Shown here one piece after another: positions 47,798 to 60,133 of a stretch of 64,000 nucleotides of DNA. Each line of letters starts with the position of its first letter. The first letter of the stretch is position 1. The stretch is from the human T2T-CHM13v2.0 reference genome, Homo sapiens: NCBI RefSeq assembly GCF_009914755.1, contig NC_060939.1; one strand, 5' to 3'. A program made the translations under genes and the position numbers. A model generated the notes under the pieces. That model did no database searches and was not told where the DNA came from. It saw only the letters and a program-made list of their open reading frames with translations.

Positions 47798-47864
47798 CTC
47801 TAGTAAAACTCTAAAACCTCTAGTAAAAACTCTAAAACTCGAAAAATCTCTAGTAAAAGTCTAA
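47798..47864. repeat. Three imperfect copies of CTCTAGTAAAA(A)CTCTAA
   Basis: Directly visible. Confidence 0.8.
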
Positions 47865-48381
47865 GGAAAATGCATCTTTTTGACTGTGACATCTAGTATT
47901 CCCGGAACATTTCTGGGGGTGTGCACACAGCAGCTTGAGAAGTACTGACAGGATGATCCACAGCTCCCCTCAGAAGAGTGCTCATCTGTATCCCCCAAAC
48001 CTTCAAAAAGCCAAAGGTTCTAAGAGTCTTGCATGGGTAGCCGGACAGTGTATTTATCATTTTGTTTGTCTTGCAGGTACATTTCTTTCTTTTGTTTGCA
48101 TGGAAAAATAGAAGACATCACCATAAGCAGTGTCAGTTGAAAATAAAATTAGGAAGGACCTCCTTATTAATCTTCCCCACTCCTCATCAACTCTTCCGCT
48201 CTTTCCTAGGTTTACCCTTCCCTGTATTGAGCTCTATGGAAGATGTTATTGTTAAGATGATCAACAGAAGCATTCACAACCGATAAATCCTCCCCAAGAA
48301 GCCCAGTCCATATGTGAGAGCACATGTTGAGCTCAAGACTTCATACGTAGAGGCTTGACAGTTAAGGATAACTGTGGTAGG

Positions 48382-48720
48382 GGCTGGGCATGGTGGCTCA
48401 TGCTTATAATCCCAGTGCTTTGAGGGGCTGAGGCTGGAAGATTGCTTAAGCCCAGGAGTTCAAGACCAGTCTGGGCAACAGAGCAAGACCCTGTCTTCAC
48501 AAAAACTTAAAAAATTAGCTGAAATTAGTACATGCCTAATTTATACTAAAATTTATGCCTAATTTGTACTAAAAATTAGTACATGCCTGTAATCCCAACT
48601 ACTCAGGAGGCTGAGGCAGGAGGATGGACTGAACCTAGAAGTTTGAAGCTGCAGTGAGCCATGACTGCACTCCAGCCCAGGTTACAGTGCAAGACGCTGT
48701 CTCTGGGAAAAAAAAAAAAA
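48382..48720 (+). mobile_element. AluJ (Jo/Jr) with an internal rearrangement
   Basis: GATTGCTTAAGCCCAGGAG, GGGCAACAGAGCAAGACCC and GGAGGATGG..TGAACC are J states; non-consensus insert at 48522-48580. Confidence 0.88.
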
Positions 48721-49244
48721 TAGGAGGCAGAAACTTCAAGAAATTGGTAAACTGACAAAAATCCACTGAAAGTGGTTATAGAGAATATTCCAATAGATGT
48801 ATATGTGTTCAGTGTTTTTTATTAAATCTTAAATCCTGCTGATTTCTAATAAACAAGCTGATTGGACTTGTAAAAAGCTTTGATCATGAAATAAATTGCA
48901 GTTTTATTATGAAGAAACAGAACAATTCAAATTAGGATGATAAATGTTATTTAAAATAGAATCTTAGAGAACCACAGTAATGCACAGATGAGAATTATTT
49001 GCAATTAGGATATTGTTTATTTGTATACAAAAACACTTCAGGACACTTAGAAATTGCTCCTTCTCCCCTTGAAATCCATCTAATATGTTTACACTGTTAA
49101 TTACATTTCTTATGGGGGAAAAAGGATTTGGAGTATTTCCTTGTTTTGTTTGTTTGTTAAATAAAATTTTGCCTTCCTCCTTCCTTCCCCTTTTCATGGC
49201 CTCTGAAATAATAAGACTTACTAAACTGAGAATTAGAGAGCCCT

Positions 49245-49699
49245 TGTTATGGGTTGAATTATATTCCCCCTGCCCCCATTTGTATGTTGAAGTTCTAACA
49301 TCTAGTACCTCAGAATATGACCTGATTTGGAGATAGGACATTTACCGAATAATCACATTAAAATGAGCTCATTAGGTGAGCCCTCATCCGTAATGACTGG
49401 TGCCCCAATAAAAAGGAGAAATCTGGGGACAGACATGCACCAAAGAAGAACTCCATGTGAAATCCAGAGCAGAGATGGGGTGATATGTCTACAAGTCAAC
49501 GAACAGCAGAGTGTCAGCAAACCACCAGAAGCCAAGAAGGCATGGAACAGATTCTTCCTCACAGCCCTCAAAAGGAACCAACCTTGATGACACCTTGATC
49601 TCAGACTTCTTGCCTTTAGAACTGTGAGACAATAAATTTCTGTTATTAAACCACCCAGTTTGTGGTACTTCATTACCGCAGCCCTAGCAAACTAATACA
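49245..49699 (+). mobile_element. MLT1C-type MaLR solo LTR
   Basis: TGTTATGGGTTGAATT...CCACCAGAAGC...GCATGGAACAGATTCT...AGAACTGTGAGACAATAAATTTCTG...GCAAACTAATACA. Confidence 0.9.
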
Positions 49700-51950
49700 G
49701 CTCCCAAATGGGTTCTCCTTCCTATCTCCTTAGAGTAGTGAACTTGGGGAAATAAGTACTAGATTAGGCATCTAGAGTTCTGTGTTCTGAATCCAGTTTC
49801 ATCAGAGACTAACTACAAAAACTTGGATGTATCACCTGATTATTCCAGGTCTCAGTTTCTTTGTCTGAAAGATAATGGTACCATCCAACTAAAAAATTCT
49901 GAAGTGCAAAAACTGGCACAGATTTCTTTCAAGAGAGCATTAGTAGGCTCAATTGTGTTTTATCTGTTATACAGAAATACAAGCTTACAAAACAAAGAAT
50001 TCATGAATGAATGCACATATTGCAAGCTAGTTTCTTTATATTAAAGCTAAATTCAAAACAATTTTTTTACTGATGAAGATTCTAAGTATAATGTTATTTA
50101 TTAAAATTTAATTTACATGTATCTTTTCCAAGTATCTGTTACAGGGAGTGAAATATGCTTATGGTAGTAAAATTTATTCCCATTACTTTAAAGTCAATAC
50201 TTGTGCTATAGAACTAGTAATAATGTATTTATTCCCAAAGAATTTCCTATTAAATTCTTTGTCCGTGGTTTCCCAGATGAATGGTGCTGGGTAATTTTAG
50301 GAAAAAAAAAAGTGACAGGGGAAATGGTTTCCCTGAAAAAGTTTCCCCATGTCCAGTCATCTTTAGCATATATGCCAATTTAATTCTTGTTTTAGTCTAA
50401 AAATAATTATAATCTAAGCTCAAGGGCATTGAGTCAGTACTGACCCAGATATTCTGGGCCATCTTCAAGATGGCTGGAAGTGGGCCACGACCTTTAACTG
50501 CTCTAGAGGTTAAATGATTAACAGAAGGATATCTAACTTACTGTAATGAAGCTGTCACTGAAATGACCAGAAGGAGGAAATTTCTCATCTCCAGTCTTAC
50601 AGCATCATTTTCTAAGTAGGCATACCTATATGTGGAATGGAGGGACTCATTATTTTCTTTACAAGCTTGAAAACCAGCCTCCACTTTCAAGAAGCAGAAA
50701 CTTCACTCGGTGTGTGGAACTTTCTTTCCTTTTGAAAACTCAGGTCTCTCCTTCAAGAAATAATAACAGACATCTTCTTATGTATGTAATTATCTGATTA
50801 AAGTGAACTGGAACCACTTTTTGTCATAACTGCACATTAATTATAACTTCTTTCAAAGAAAAAAAATCTAAAAATTTAGCTGAGTAAAACTATGAAATGG
50901 CTTCTAAATGTGGAGGCAAATAAAGTCTTGCCTGCTTTCAAGTTGTAAGTGACTTGTGGGCTAAGGGCTGAATGTATTTAGTTCAGGTAACCACTTCAGC
51001 TTGACTGATACAGTTGTTGTTTCAGTGCTTGGCCAAATAGCCTTTTATGTTGCAATCAAGTAATAGATACGAGATTGACAAGTAACAAAGAAAAAGAGCT
51101 TTCAGTCAACATGGACTAAAATCCATTATTGTGGTGTGTACACTGTTCAGGGGACCTGTAAACACATCTTCATTGATCCCACAGAAAGATAGAAATATCT
51201 CCCCTTGTATGGCTCAATCAAGGCCTGTTTCACAAAGGTAAAGTGCAAACAATATTGAAAAAGCAGAAAGAGACTGACAGTATAGTCAAACAGTAAATAA
51301 TGGTTGGGCTCAGGAAACCTATCTATAACATTTCAAATTCCTGTCAGCTCAAATGAAATGTATAACCTCTCTATTGCAAACTCAGAAAGATCAGAACATG
51401 GGGGACTGTACATTCCCCTTATTGTCATCCCCCTTTTACCAACTGACCAAATCAATAAGAAAAAAAAATCTCATTTTACAGTTTTGCATTTTCATGGGTA
51501 TCTCAGTGGATAAGACTCTGAAAAAGATCTCATCTGTGAAGGTCAATAATTCATTCCTCCCTACCCCCAGCCCCCACATTTAGGATCTGCTGCCATTTAT
51601 GTGAATGAATTTTGTTAATTATAAAATAGAAAAAAAATTATCATGCTGTGTGAGTAGAACTGGGTTTTCCTGCCAATTTGAAATTTTATTAGAAATGCCT
51701 ACTACATCAATTCCAAACTTCCACTTTCATTTATGTTTAAATACTTGTAATTAGGAGAAGCTATTTGGGAGCTGCAGACACCAATAAATAGTTTGTATGG
51801 CTTTCTAAAAAGGTTGGCAGGATGGTCTGAAGCTCAGCAGAGTTTATAAACAGATTCATCTGTTATGTAAATCTCCATCCATAATAATTATTTATCCATT
51901 ATGGCTAATCAGCATTCCAAGAAGAGGAAAAGTGGAAACAATCAGTAATG

Positions 51951-51990
51951 TCTTAAAAAAATGCTCTTATTCTTAAAAAAATGCTCTTAT
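51951..51990. repeat. Perfect 20-bp tandem duplication (TCTTAAAAAAATGCTCTTAT)x2
   Basis: Directly visible. Confidence 0.95.
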
Positions 51991-52882
51991 ACCTGAAGAT
52001 TCCTTAAATTTAGCCATCAATTGACTAGACATATAATCATTTGTTCCTCTTTTTAAAAAATCTCTGAAAGAAATCAGTACTGCACATTTAAAACAATGTT
52101 CTTATATAGATACAGAAGAGTCAAATAAGAAACAAATTGGATCACCCTTTTATACCACTAACTATCCTGCATCCCTCTTTTCCTCCTTTCCTTCCAAAAC
52201 ATAAGATTCCAAAGAAAACAAAGACTCATTTAGCTCAGAATGAGTATTGGTTATGTCTACATGCAGAAAGCAGACCTGACAGGATATGTTCTATGCCTGT
52301 GATTCTTGTGTAGGGAGTGTTAATGAGGTGCTAACACAGCTCATGGCATAGTCTTTTGATGTTGGTTTATAATCTGTGTCCCAAGTAAATATTCAGCATA
52401 CGGCATGCACAATTCTATCTTCAGGACCCCAGGAAGAAGCTTATTAGAAGAAACTAAACCCAGTCAGGAGTAAACTGAATCCTCACGCCCATGCTCCACA
52501 CCCTATCCCACATTGCAGGGAAGGTTTGAGGAGCTGATGTTCCTTTAATAAACAAGATGATTATTGATCTCCTATTATGTGTTAAACTCCATGCCACCTG
52601 TGGTTAGCCTGTGTTGGAAAACACCAGCAAGTACCACTTGCACAAATTAAAGTTCCTTTCTGGAATATGGAATAAATAATTTTCTTCCAAGCCTTGAAAG
52701 AATAAAAAGGAATATGCACATTCCAAAATTTACATACACTCAGCTGAAATTTGTGATAAAATTGTAAAATAAATATTGTATTTATTACATATAACATATT
52801 TATTATATATTTTCTTCTTATTCCCTGAGTTTTGTTTTCTTTCTTTTTGAGAACTCAGGTCTTTCCTTCAAGTAATAACTGA

Positions 52883-52922
52883 TCTCTCTCTCTCTGTGTA
52901 TGTGTGTGTGTGTGTGAGTGTG

Positions 52923-52972
<50 letters not shown>
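52883..52972. repeat. Compound microsatellite (TC)n(TG)n(TA)21
   Basis: Directly visible; pure (TA) at 52931-52972. Confidence 0.95.
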
Positions 52973-52976
<4 letters not shown>

Positions 52977-53354
52977 TTTTATCAAAGTAAGACTGGAATC
53001 CCTGAATTCATTTCCTTGACTTCATTTTCTGCTAGATAAACACTTTCCCAGCCTCTATTTTCTGCAACTATTTGACTCTAACTTTAAAAATATAACTATC
53101 CTCCAAGTCCCAGTGAAAAATGCATTCTCTCCATAGTCTCTTTCCTAATTCTTCATCCAGAAATGCTCTCTTCTTCATTGGATGACCCATCACAACCTAT
53201 ACATACCATACCTGTCACTGAACAACTGTATTTTGGCCCATGACTCATCTTCTCTACATAAAAGGAGCTTTGTTTTATATTTTTTTTTTGTATGCCTATA
53301 CCCATAGCACTTAATAAGCTACCTTAAACATAGTAGTCATACAGAAACACCTAC

Positions 53355-55841
53355 TGATATGATCTGGATCTGTGTCCTCACCCAAATCTCATGTTCAATT
53401 TTAATCCTCACTGTTGGAGGTAGGGCCTGGTGAGAGGAGATTGAATCACAGGGTGGTTTCTCATGGTTTAACACAAACCCCCTTGGTGCTGTCATCACGA
53501 CAGTGAGTTCTCACAAGATCTGGTTGTTAAAATGTGTGTGGCACCTCCCCCAGCTCTCTCATATAAGAGAGAGCTGCCCCATCTTCCCCATTTCTGCCAT
53601 ATAAGATGCCTGATTCCACTTTGCCTTTTGCCCTAGGTAAAAACTCCCTAAGGATTTCCCAGAAGCAGAAGGCACCATGTTTCCTGCACAGCCTGTGGAA
53701 CCATGAGCCAATTAAACCTCCTTTCTTATAAATGACCCAGTCTCAGGTATTTCTTTATAGCAATAAAAGAACAGCCTCATACAGAAATTTGGTACCAAGT
53801 AGTGGGGCACCAGAAGTGGGGTATTGCTATAAAGATACCTGAAAATGCGAAGTGGCTTTGGAACTGCATAATGGACGGAGATTGGAAGAGTTTGAAGGGC
53901 TCAGAATAAGACAGAAAGATGAGGAAAAATTTTGAACTTCCTAGAGACTTGTTGAATGATTGCAACCCACATTTTGATACTGATAGGGACAGGGAAGTCA
54001 AGGCTGATGAGGTCTCAGATGAAAATAAGAAACTTTTGGGGAACTGGAGCAAAGGGCACTTTTGTTATGCCCTAGCAAAGAGCCAGGCTGCATTTTACTC
54101 CTGCTCTAGGGATCTGTGGAACTTTGAACTTGAGAGATGATTTAGGGTATCTGGCAGAAGAAATTCCTAAGCAGCAAAGTGTTCAAGATGTTGCCTGGCT
54201 GTTTCTAACAGCCTATTCTCATATGCATGAGCAAAGAAAATATCTGAAATGGGAACTTATATTTAAAAGAAAAGCAGAGCATAAAAGTTTGGAAAATTTG
54301 CAGCCTAGCCATGTGATAGAAAAGAAAAGCCCATTTGCAGTGGAGAAATTCAAACCAGCTATAGAAATTTGCATAAGTAAAAAGGAGCGAAGTGCTAATA
54401 GCCAAGACAGTGAAGAAAAAGCCTTACAGTTATCTCGAAATCTTTGTGGCAGTCCCTCCCATCACAGGCCTGGAGGCCTGGGAGGGAAGAACGGTTTCAT
54501 GGGCCAGGCCCAGGGCCCCACTGCCCTGCACAGCCTCACAATGCCACTCTCTACATCCTGGCCACTCCAGCTCTAGCAATGGCTCAAAGGGGTCCAGGTA
54601 CAGTTCTGGCTGCTGCTTCAGAGGCTGCAGGCTAGAGAAGTCTTAGTGGCTTCCACATCATATTAAGCTTGCAGATCCACAGAATGCAGGTACTGAGGCT
54701 TGGGAGCCTCCCCTGAAATTTCAGAAGATATACAGGAAAACCTGAATGTCCAGGCAGAAGCCTGCTGCAGAAACAGAGCCCTCACAGAGAACCTCTGCTA
54801 GGGAAGTGTGTAGGGGAAATTTGAGGTTGAAGCCCTCACACAGAGTCCCCACTAGGGCACTGCCTAGTGGAGCTGTGAGAAGAGGTCCAACAGACTCCAG
54901 AACCTAGAATGGTAGATCCACCAGTAGCTCACACCCTCCGCATGGAAAAGCTGCAGGCACTCAATGCCAGCCCTTGAGAGAAGCTGCAGGGGCTGAACCC
55001 TGCAAAGCCACAGGGGAAAAGCTACCCAAGGCCTTGGGAGCCTACCCTTCACACCAGTGTGCCCTGGATGTGAGACACAGAGTCAAAGGAGATTATTTTA
55101 GAGCTTTAAGATTTAATGACTGCCCTGCTGGGCTTCAGACTTGTGTGGGGCCTGTAGTCCCTTTCTTTTGACTGATTTATCTCTTTGGGAATGGGAGTAC
55201 TTATTCCATGCCTATATTCCCATTGTATCTTGGAAATAACTAACTTTTTATTTTTTGATTTTACAGGTTCATAGGCAGAAGGGACTTGCCTTGTCTCAGG
55301 TGAGACTTGGGACTCTAGACTTTTTAGTTAATGCTGGAATGAGTTAAGGCTTTGGGGGACTGTTGGAAATGGGTGACTGTATTTTGAATGTGAAAAAAAA
55401 TGACATTTGTGGGACCAATGTCCCACAATGGTGGAATAATATGGTTTGGATCTGTGTCCTCACCCAAATCTTATGTTCAACTCTAATCCTCAATATTGGA
55501 GGTGGGGCCTGGTTGGAGGTGATTGGATCATGGGGGCGGTTTCTCATGATTTAATACAATTGCCCTTGGTGCTGTCATCACCATAGTGAGTTCTAATGAG
55601 ATCTGATTGTTAATAAGTGTGTGGCACCTCCTCCCACCTTGGTCCTGTTCCGGCCATGTAAGATGCCTGCTCCTGCTTTGACTTCCACCATAAGTAAAAG
55701 CTCCCTGAGGCCGCCCCAGAAGTAGATGCTTCCATGCTTTCTCTACAGCTTGTGGAACCATAAGCCAATTAAACTTCTTTTCTTTATAAATTACCCAGTC
55801 TCAGGTATTTCTTTATAGCAATGCAAGAACGGCCTAACACA
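53355..55841 (+). mobile_element. Full-length MSTA-type MaLR provirus (5'LTR 53355-53783, internal 53784-55436, 3'LTR 55437-55841)
   Basis: Two homologous LTRs (T.ATATG...GGATCTGTGTCCTCACCCAAATCT...CAGTCTCAGGTATTTCTTTATAGCA). Internal gag-like remnant DDLGYLAEEIPKQQSVQDVAWLFL. 5-bp TSD CCTAC/CCAAC. Confidence 0.95.
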
Positions 55842-57489
55842 CCAACAGAACTGAATCATGCATGTATAAATTAAATGCTAGACCAAAATAAAGAACTCCT
55901 CAATTTTAATTAAAGCTCCAAAGGGTTAGCTAAGAAAGAAGGGGATTTTTCTTAAAGGTTACATCAAAAATAGTAGTTCTACAAATAGAAAATAATTTCA
56001 AAATCACCCTGATTTGTTCTCAGGCTTTCTAGCCAAATTTTAATTCTGAATGCTCTAATTCGGAAAGAAACTAAGTTGAACTCTGAAGCTTAAAATTATC
56101 CAATGTCAATCACTTGTGATGGGTTTTATCACGGATAAAATATAAATAACTCTTTATTGGAATAATATTTATTGCTTATACCTGTGTTTGTCTCATGGTT
56201 GAGAATCCAGCTCCATTAAAACTGGTCCTGGAGAATGAGATTAGTTTAATTTCCAAGTGGGCTAAATGTTCTTTATATCAAAGAGAGTAGGAATCCAGTA
56301 GCCAGAGACTGTTCGAAGTCCCCATATATAAATCCTATTGTGTCACTTTTCTCCTCCCTGCATCCTAAATGAATCTCTTGACCAAATACTCTCTCATTTT
56401 TCTCTTACATTCCAACTCATGAGCCTTGAACAGCATTCCAGGTCTGAAACACCAAGCTACTTGCTTCCCCTCAATTTAAAACTATTTTAAAGTCCATGTT
56501 TAAGAAGCTTATTTCAATGAACTAGGCCCAACCACTAAAGATGATTTATGGCACCTATTTCCTGGACTAGTAATACTTAAGATCTAAGAATAAAAAGGAT
56601 ATAAAGAGGTAATAGGTTGGCTCACTCTTTCCAGTACATAGTAAAGCAGAGCAGGGACAAGCACTGCTCTGTCATTCCGAGGACAGGGTATTTTGGTGTC
56701 ATCCTGATGTTTCACTTAGAGATTTAGCTTCTCAGAGCAATGTTAAATTAATAAAGACCAAATTCAAAGAATAATGGCTTAGACATTTTTTTTGGCTTCT
56801 TCAGGTTTTTTCTTTTCCTTCTCAAACCTCCGTGCCTTAGTCATGCAGAGAAACAACCGAAAATAATATAAAACTTTGGCATTCATGTATTCTGCATTCA
56901 AGGTTTCAGAACAACCCCAAAGACCCATGACATGTAGAAATGTATAACTTTGCTAGAGTAGAGTGTAGGAATGAACCTTTGACTAGTGAGTAGGTCTTCC
57001 AGTCCTCTCAGCAGCTTCCATCTTCTTTATATAGCTTGTTGTCTACTCTTGTTATTCTGTAAGAATTTATGGAACATATTTTATCCTATGTTCCTGAGTG
57101 TGAATTTGAGAAATTAATCTATTACAAATTAGGTGTTCATTTCTTATTTGCATGTATAACAAATACTGAAATCTGCTATAATTTATCATCTGAGTGGAGA
57201 TGACTGGTAGCCCTAAGCACCAGGATGACATATGTTTTAGTTTCCCTTATTTTCTTGGGATAGAATGTCATGAGCAACACTCTCCATCTTTTCTCCTATC
57301 TACTTCTGTGTCCGCAAACATCCTCTTAGGCACAACATCCCAGCTGTAAGCCCATTCCAGACAGTTGAAGCCTTACCTCTTCTCAGTTCCTACCAGCTTA
57401 TTTTCCCTACAGTTAGTAGCTACTTCCAGTATTTCTCATACTATATTAACTTAATGATCTGTCTCTTGAAAACTTTTGGAATGACAGTA

Positions 57490-58715
57490 TAGACTTTCAG
57501 CTTCTAAACAAAATGGAGTAACACAGAGTAACAGGGACCGGATTTACCCTCTCACCCGAAAAACAATACTAGTAAACAAAATACATGAAACAACGATTTT
57601 CACACGTTGGACATCGGGCAGCACAGGACAAAGAAGCAAATAAATAAAGACCATTAAGATTTCCCATGTTTATTACTTGGAATAAATTTCTAGGCCAAGG
57701 CAGTGAGTGAGAAACCTGAACCACATAAAACCTCATGTATTGAGGAGACAGAGCTGAGAGTGTAGGAAGTCCAACGTAGCTGGAGTAATCACGGCAGAGT
57801 ACCAGGGAGACAAAAGCTGCACAGAGAGCGTTTCAAATGTGCATAAGGTTTCCCTCAAGTCTTCAGCTGTGTACTGACTAGTGCATGATATGAAGGAACT
57901 AATTAACCAAGACTAGAAGAAGATCACCCAAAAAGAAACTGAGGGAGCAATCCCCAGAGCTCACACACAAGGCTACTGACTCAGTAGTAGGACAAAAGTA
58001 GCTATAGATTAAAGGCTGTTCTGGTTAGGCCTTGAAAAGCTTGACAGCAAGCCTCAAAAAAATTTATTTTTAGTAATTTAACTGCAATAACAAAGCTTAT
58101 AACTATTTCTAGATATATAAAAATGTCTAGGGCCCAACAATGTAAAACTTACAATATCTGGCATTCAGTCAAAGTTTACCAGGCAAGCAAAGAAACAAGA
58201 AAACATAACCCATAATCAGCTCATCAAAATCTGTCCAGAAGTGTCTCAGATGTCAAAATTAGTAGACAATGACATTAAAAGGGTTTTTATAACTCATTTC
58301 ATATTTTTAGAAAGGTATAGAAAAGGATGAACACTTAAAGGAGACACATAGAAGAGCAAAATCAAACTTTTGGAGATGAAAATAATATCTGAAATTCGAA
58401 GCAAAAAATATAGTGAAAGGAATCAACAATAGTTTAGACAACGCAGAAGAAAACAATTTAGTAAACTTAATGTATCAGAGTAAAAACTATGTAAAAGAAC
58501 ACACAGAGAAAAAAAATAGAACTGAAAACAAATTGAAGAGAGCATGAGTGAGCTATGGAACAATGTGGAGAATCCTAACATACATGTAATTTTAATCACT
58601 GAAGGAAATGCCAGGAAGTTGTTCTTCCTGTTTGAAGAAAGAATGACCAAAATCTTTTTCTAGCCGGTTTTAAGATTTTTTTCTTTATCACAGATTTTAA
58701 TAAATTTGATTATAT
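57490..58715 (+). mobile_element. Old L1M 5'UTR plus ORF1 fragment
   Basis: AAAATGGAGTAAC...GGATTTACCCTC 5' end; TTACCAGGCAAGCAAAGAAACAAGAAAAC; GCATGAGTGAGCTATGGAACAAT...CCTAACATACATGTAATT. Confidence 0.75.
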
Positions 58716-59034
58716 CAAAACTCACACTAAATACAAGTCAAGGTCTGAGGACAAATGTCTAGAGCAGTCGAGAGAGTGACATAATGTTGAGCTCTCCAAG
58801 ACCACATAGGGCATATCAAATTTCAGAATGGCCAGCCCCTGGCCAGAGCAAGAATCGCCTTCCTTACTCTAGCCCTTCCATTAGGAACTTCCAGCACTAC
58901 TCCAGCATCCTTGGGTATGGTTGTAATAAAACATTATTGTTAAGGAGGTTTAATCCCAGTGTTGCATACATTCTGAATAAGCTGAAGTCTTGAAGGACAT
59001 TTAAGAACGCTTGAGTGTTTTCTTTTCCATCTTT

Positions 59035-59400
59035 CTGTTTTTAGTTTTTTAATTTTACTTTAAGTTCTGGGATACATGTGCAGAATGTGCAGGTTTGTTA
59101 CCTAGGTATACATGTGCCATGGTGGTTTGCTGCAACTGTCAACACATCATCTAGGTTTTAAGCCCCGCATGCATTAGCTATTTGTTCTAATGCTCTCCCC
59201 CTCCCCTTCCACCCCACCCCCTAACAGGCCCCAGTGTGTGTTGTTCCTCCCTGTGTCCATGTGTTCTCATTATTCAACTCCCACTTATGAGTGAGAACAT
59301 GAGGTGTTTGGTTTTCTGTTCCTGTGTTAGTATGCCGAGAATGATGGCTTTCAGCTTCATCCATGCCCTGCAAAAGACATGATCTCATCTCATTCTTTTT
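59035..59400 (-). mobile_element. L1PA8-type 3' end
   Basis: TTTAAGTTCTGGGATACATGTGCAG...CTAGGTTTTAAGCCCCGCATGCATTAG...CCCACTTATGAGTGAGAACATG. Confidence 0.9.
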
Positions 59401-59659
59401 TTTTTTAGACTTGAGTCTTTATTTTCTAAATTCTTCCAGGTAAACTAGGTTTGCATACTGCTTAAATTAGTACATTAAATACATTTAAAATGATGTTCCA
59501 ATAAGGTCCAATGTTGTAAAATTATCAGAATTACAATCAAGAGGCAAATATATCAGTGAATTTTAAAACATCAAGATTAGCATTAGTGTATGACTTGGTT
59601 GGGGGAAATCTGCTTAAATGCCAATACCTGAGTGTATTTAGACTAACAGGTGAATACAT

Positions 59660-60133
59660 TTAGGTGCACTCCAGCCACAGCGTCCTCCTCATCATTCCTG
59701 AAGCATCTCATGCATGCTCCTACGCAAGTACCTTGCATGTGCCACCGTCTCTGCCTGGGTCATTTGTTCCCTTACTTCATTCACGTGAGACTCACTTCAC
59801 TCTTCATTTTAAGAGAAAACCCTTCAAATGTCATGTCTCTTCCCAACCACCAAATAGTACCCTAATGTCACTCTATGTGCACTTACCAAGTTCTATGCAT
59901 GTTCCTTGCACTTATTTGTACCTGACATTATGTCATATATGCAGTTGTTTGTTACTCTAGAGCAGGGATTACTAAACTAAGGCCCACAAGCCAAATCCAG
60001 AATTATGCAACAGAGACTGCATGTGGCTTTTGAAGGCTAAGATATTTATTGTCTGATCCTTTCAGAAAGTGTTTGCCAATCCCTACACTAGAGTATGAAT
60101 TCCACAGAGCAGGTATTTGTCTGCTTTGTTTCC
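59660..60133 (+). mobile_element. L2 3' fragment interrupted by MER58A
   Basis: GCACTCCAGCCACA...CCTTCAAATGTCA...GAATTCCACAGAGCAGG. Confidence 0.65.
59963..60085. mobile_element. MER58A hAT element (internally deleted)
   Basis: CAGGGATTACTAAACTAAGGCCC...GCTAAGATATTTATTGTCTG...TTTGCCAATCCCT; 8-bp TSD CTCTAGAG/CACTAGAG. Confidence 0.8.

Noticed and set aside
54124-54576. Longest ORF in the track (150 aa)
   Set aside because: A frameshifted remnant of the MaLR internal gag-like ORF that starts at TTG; no sign of domestication.
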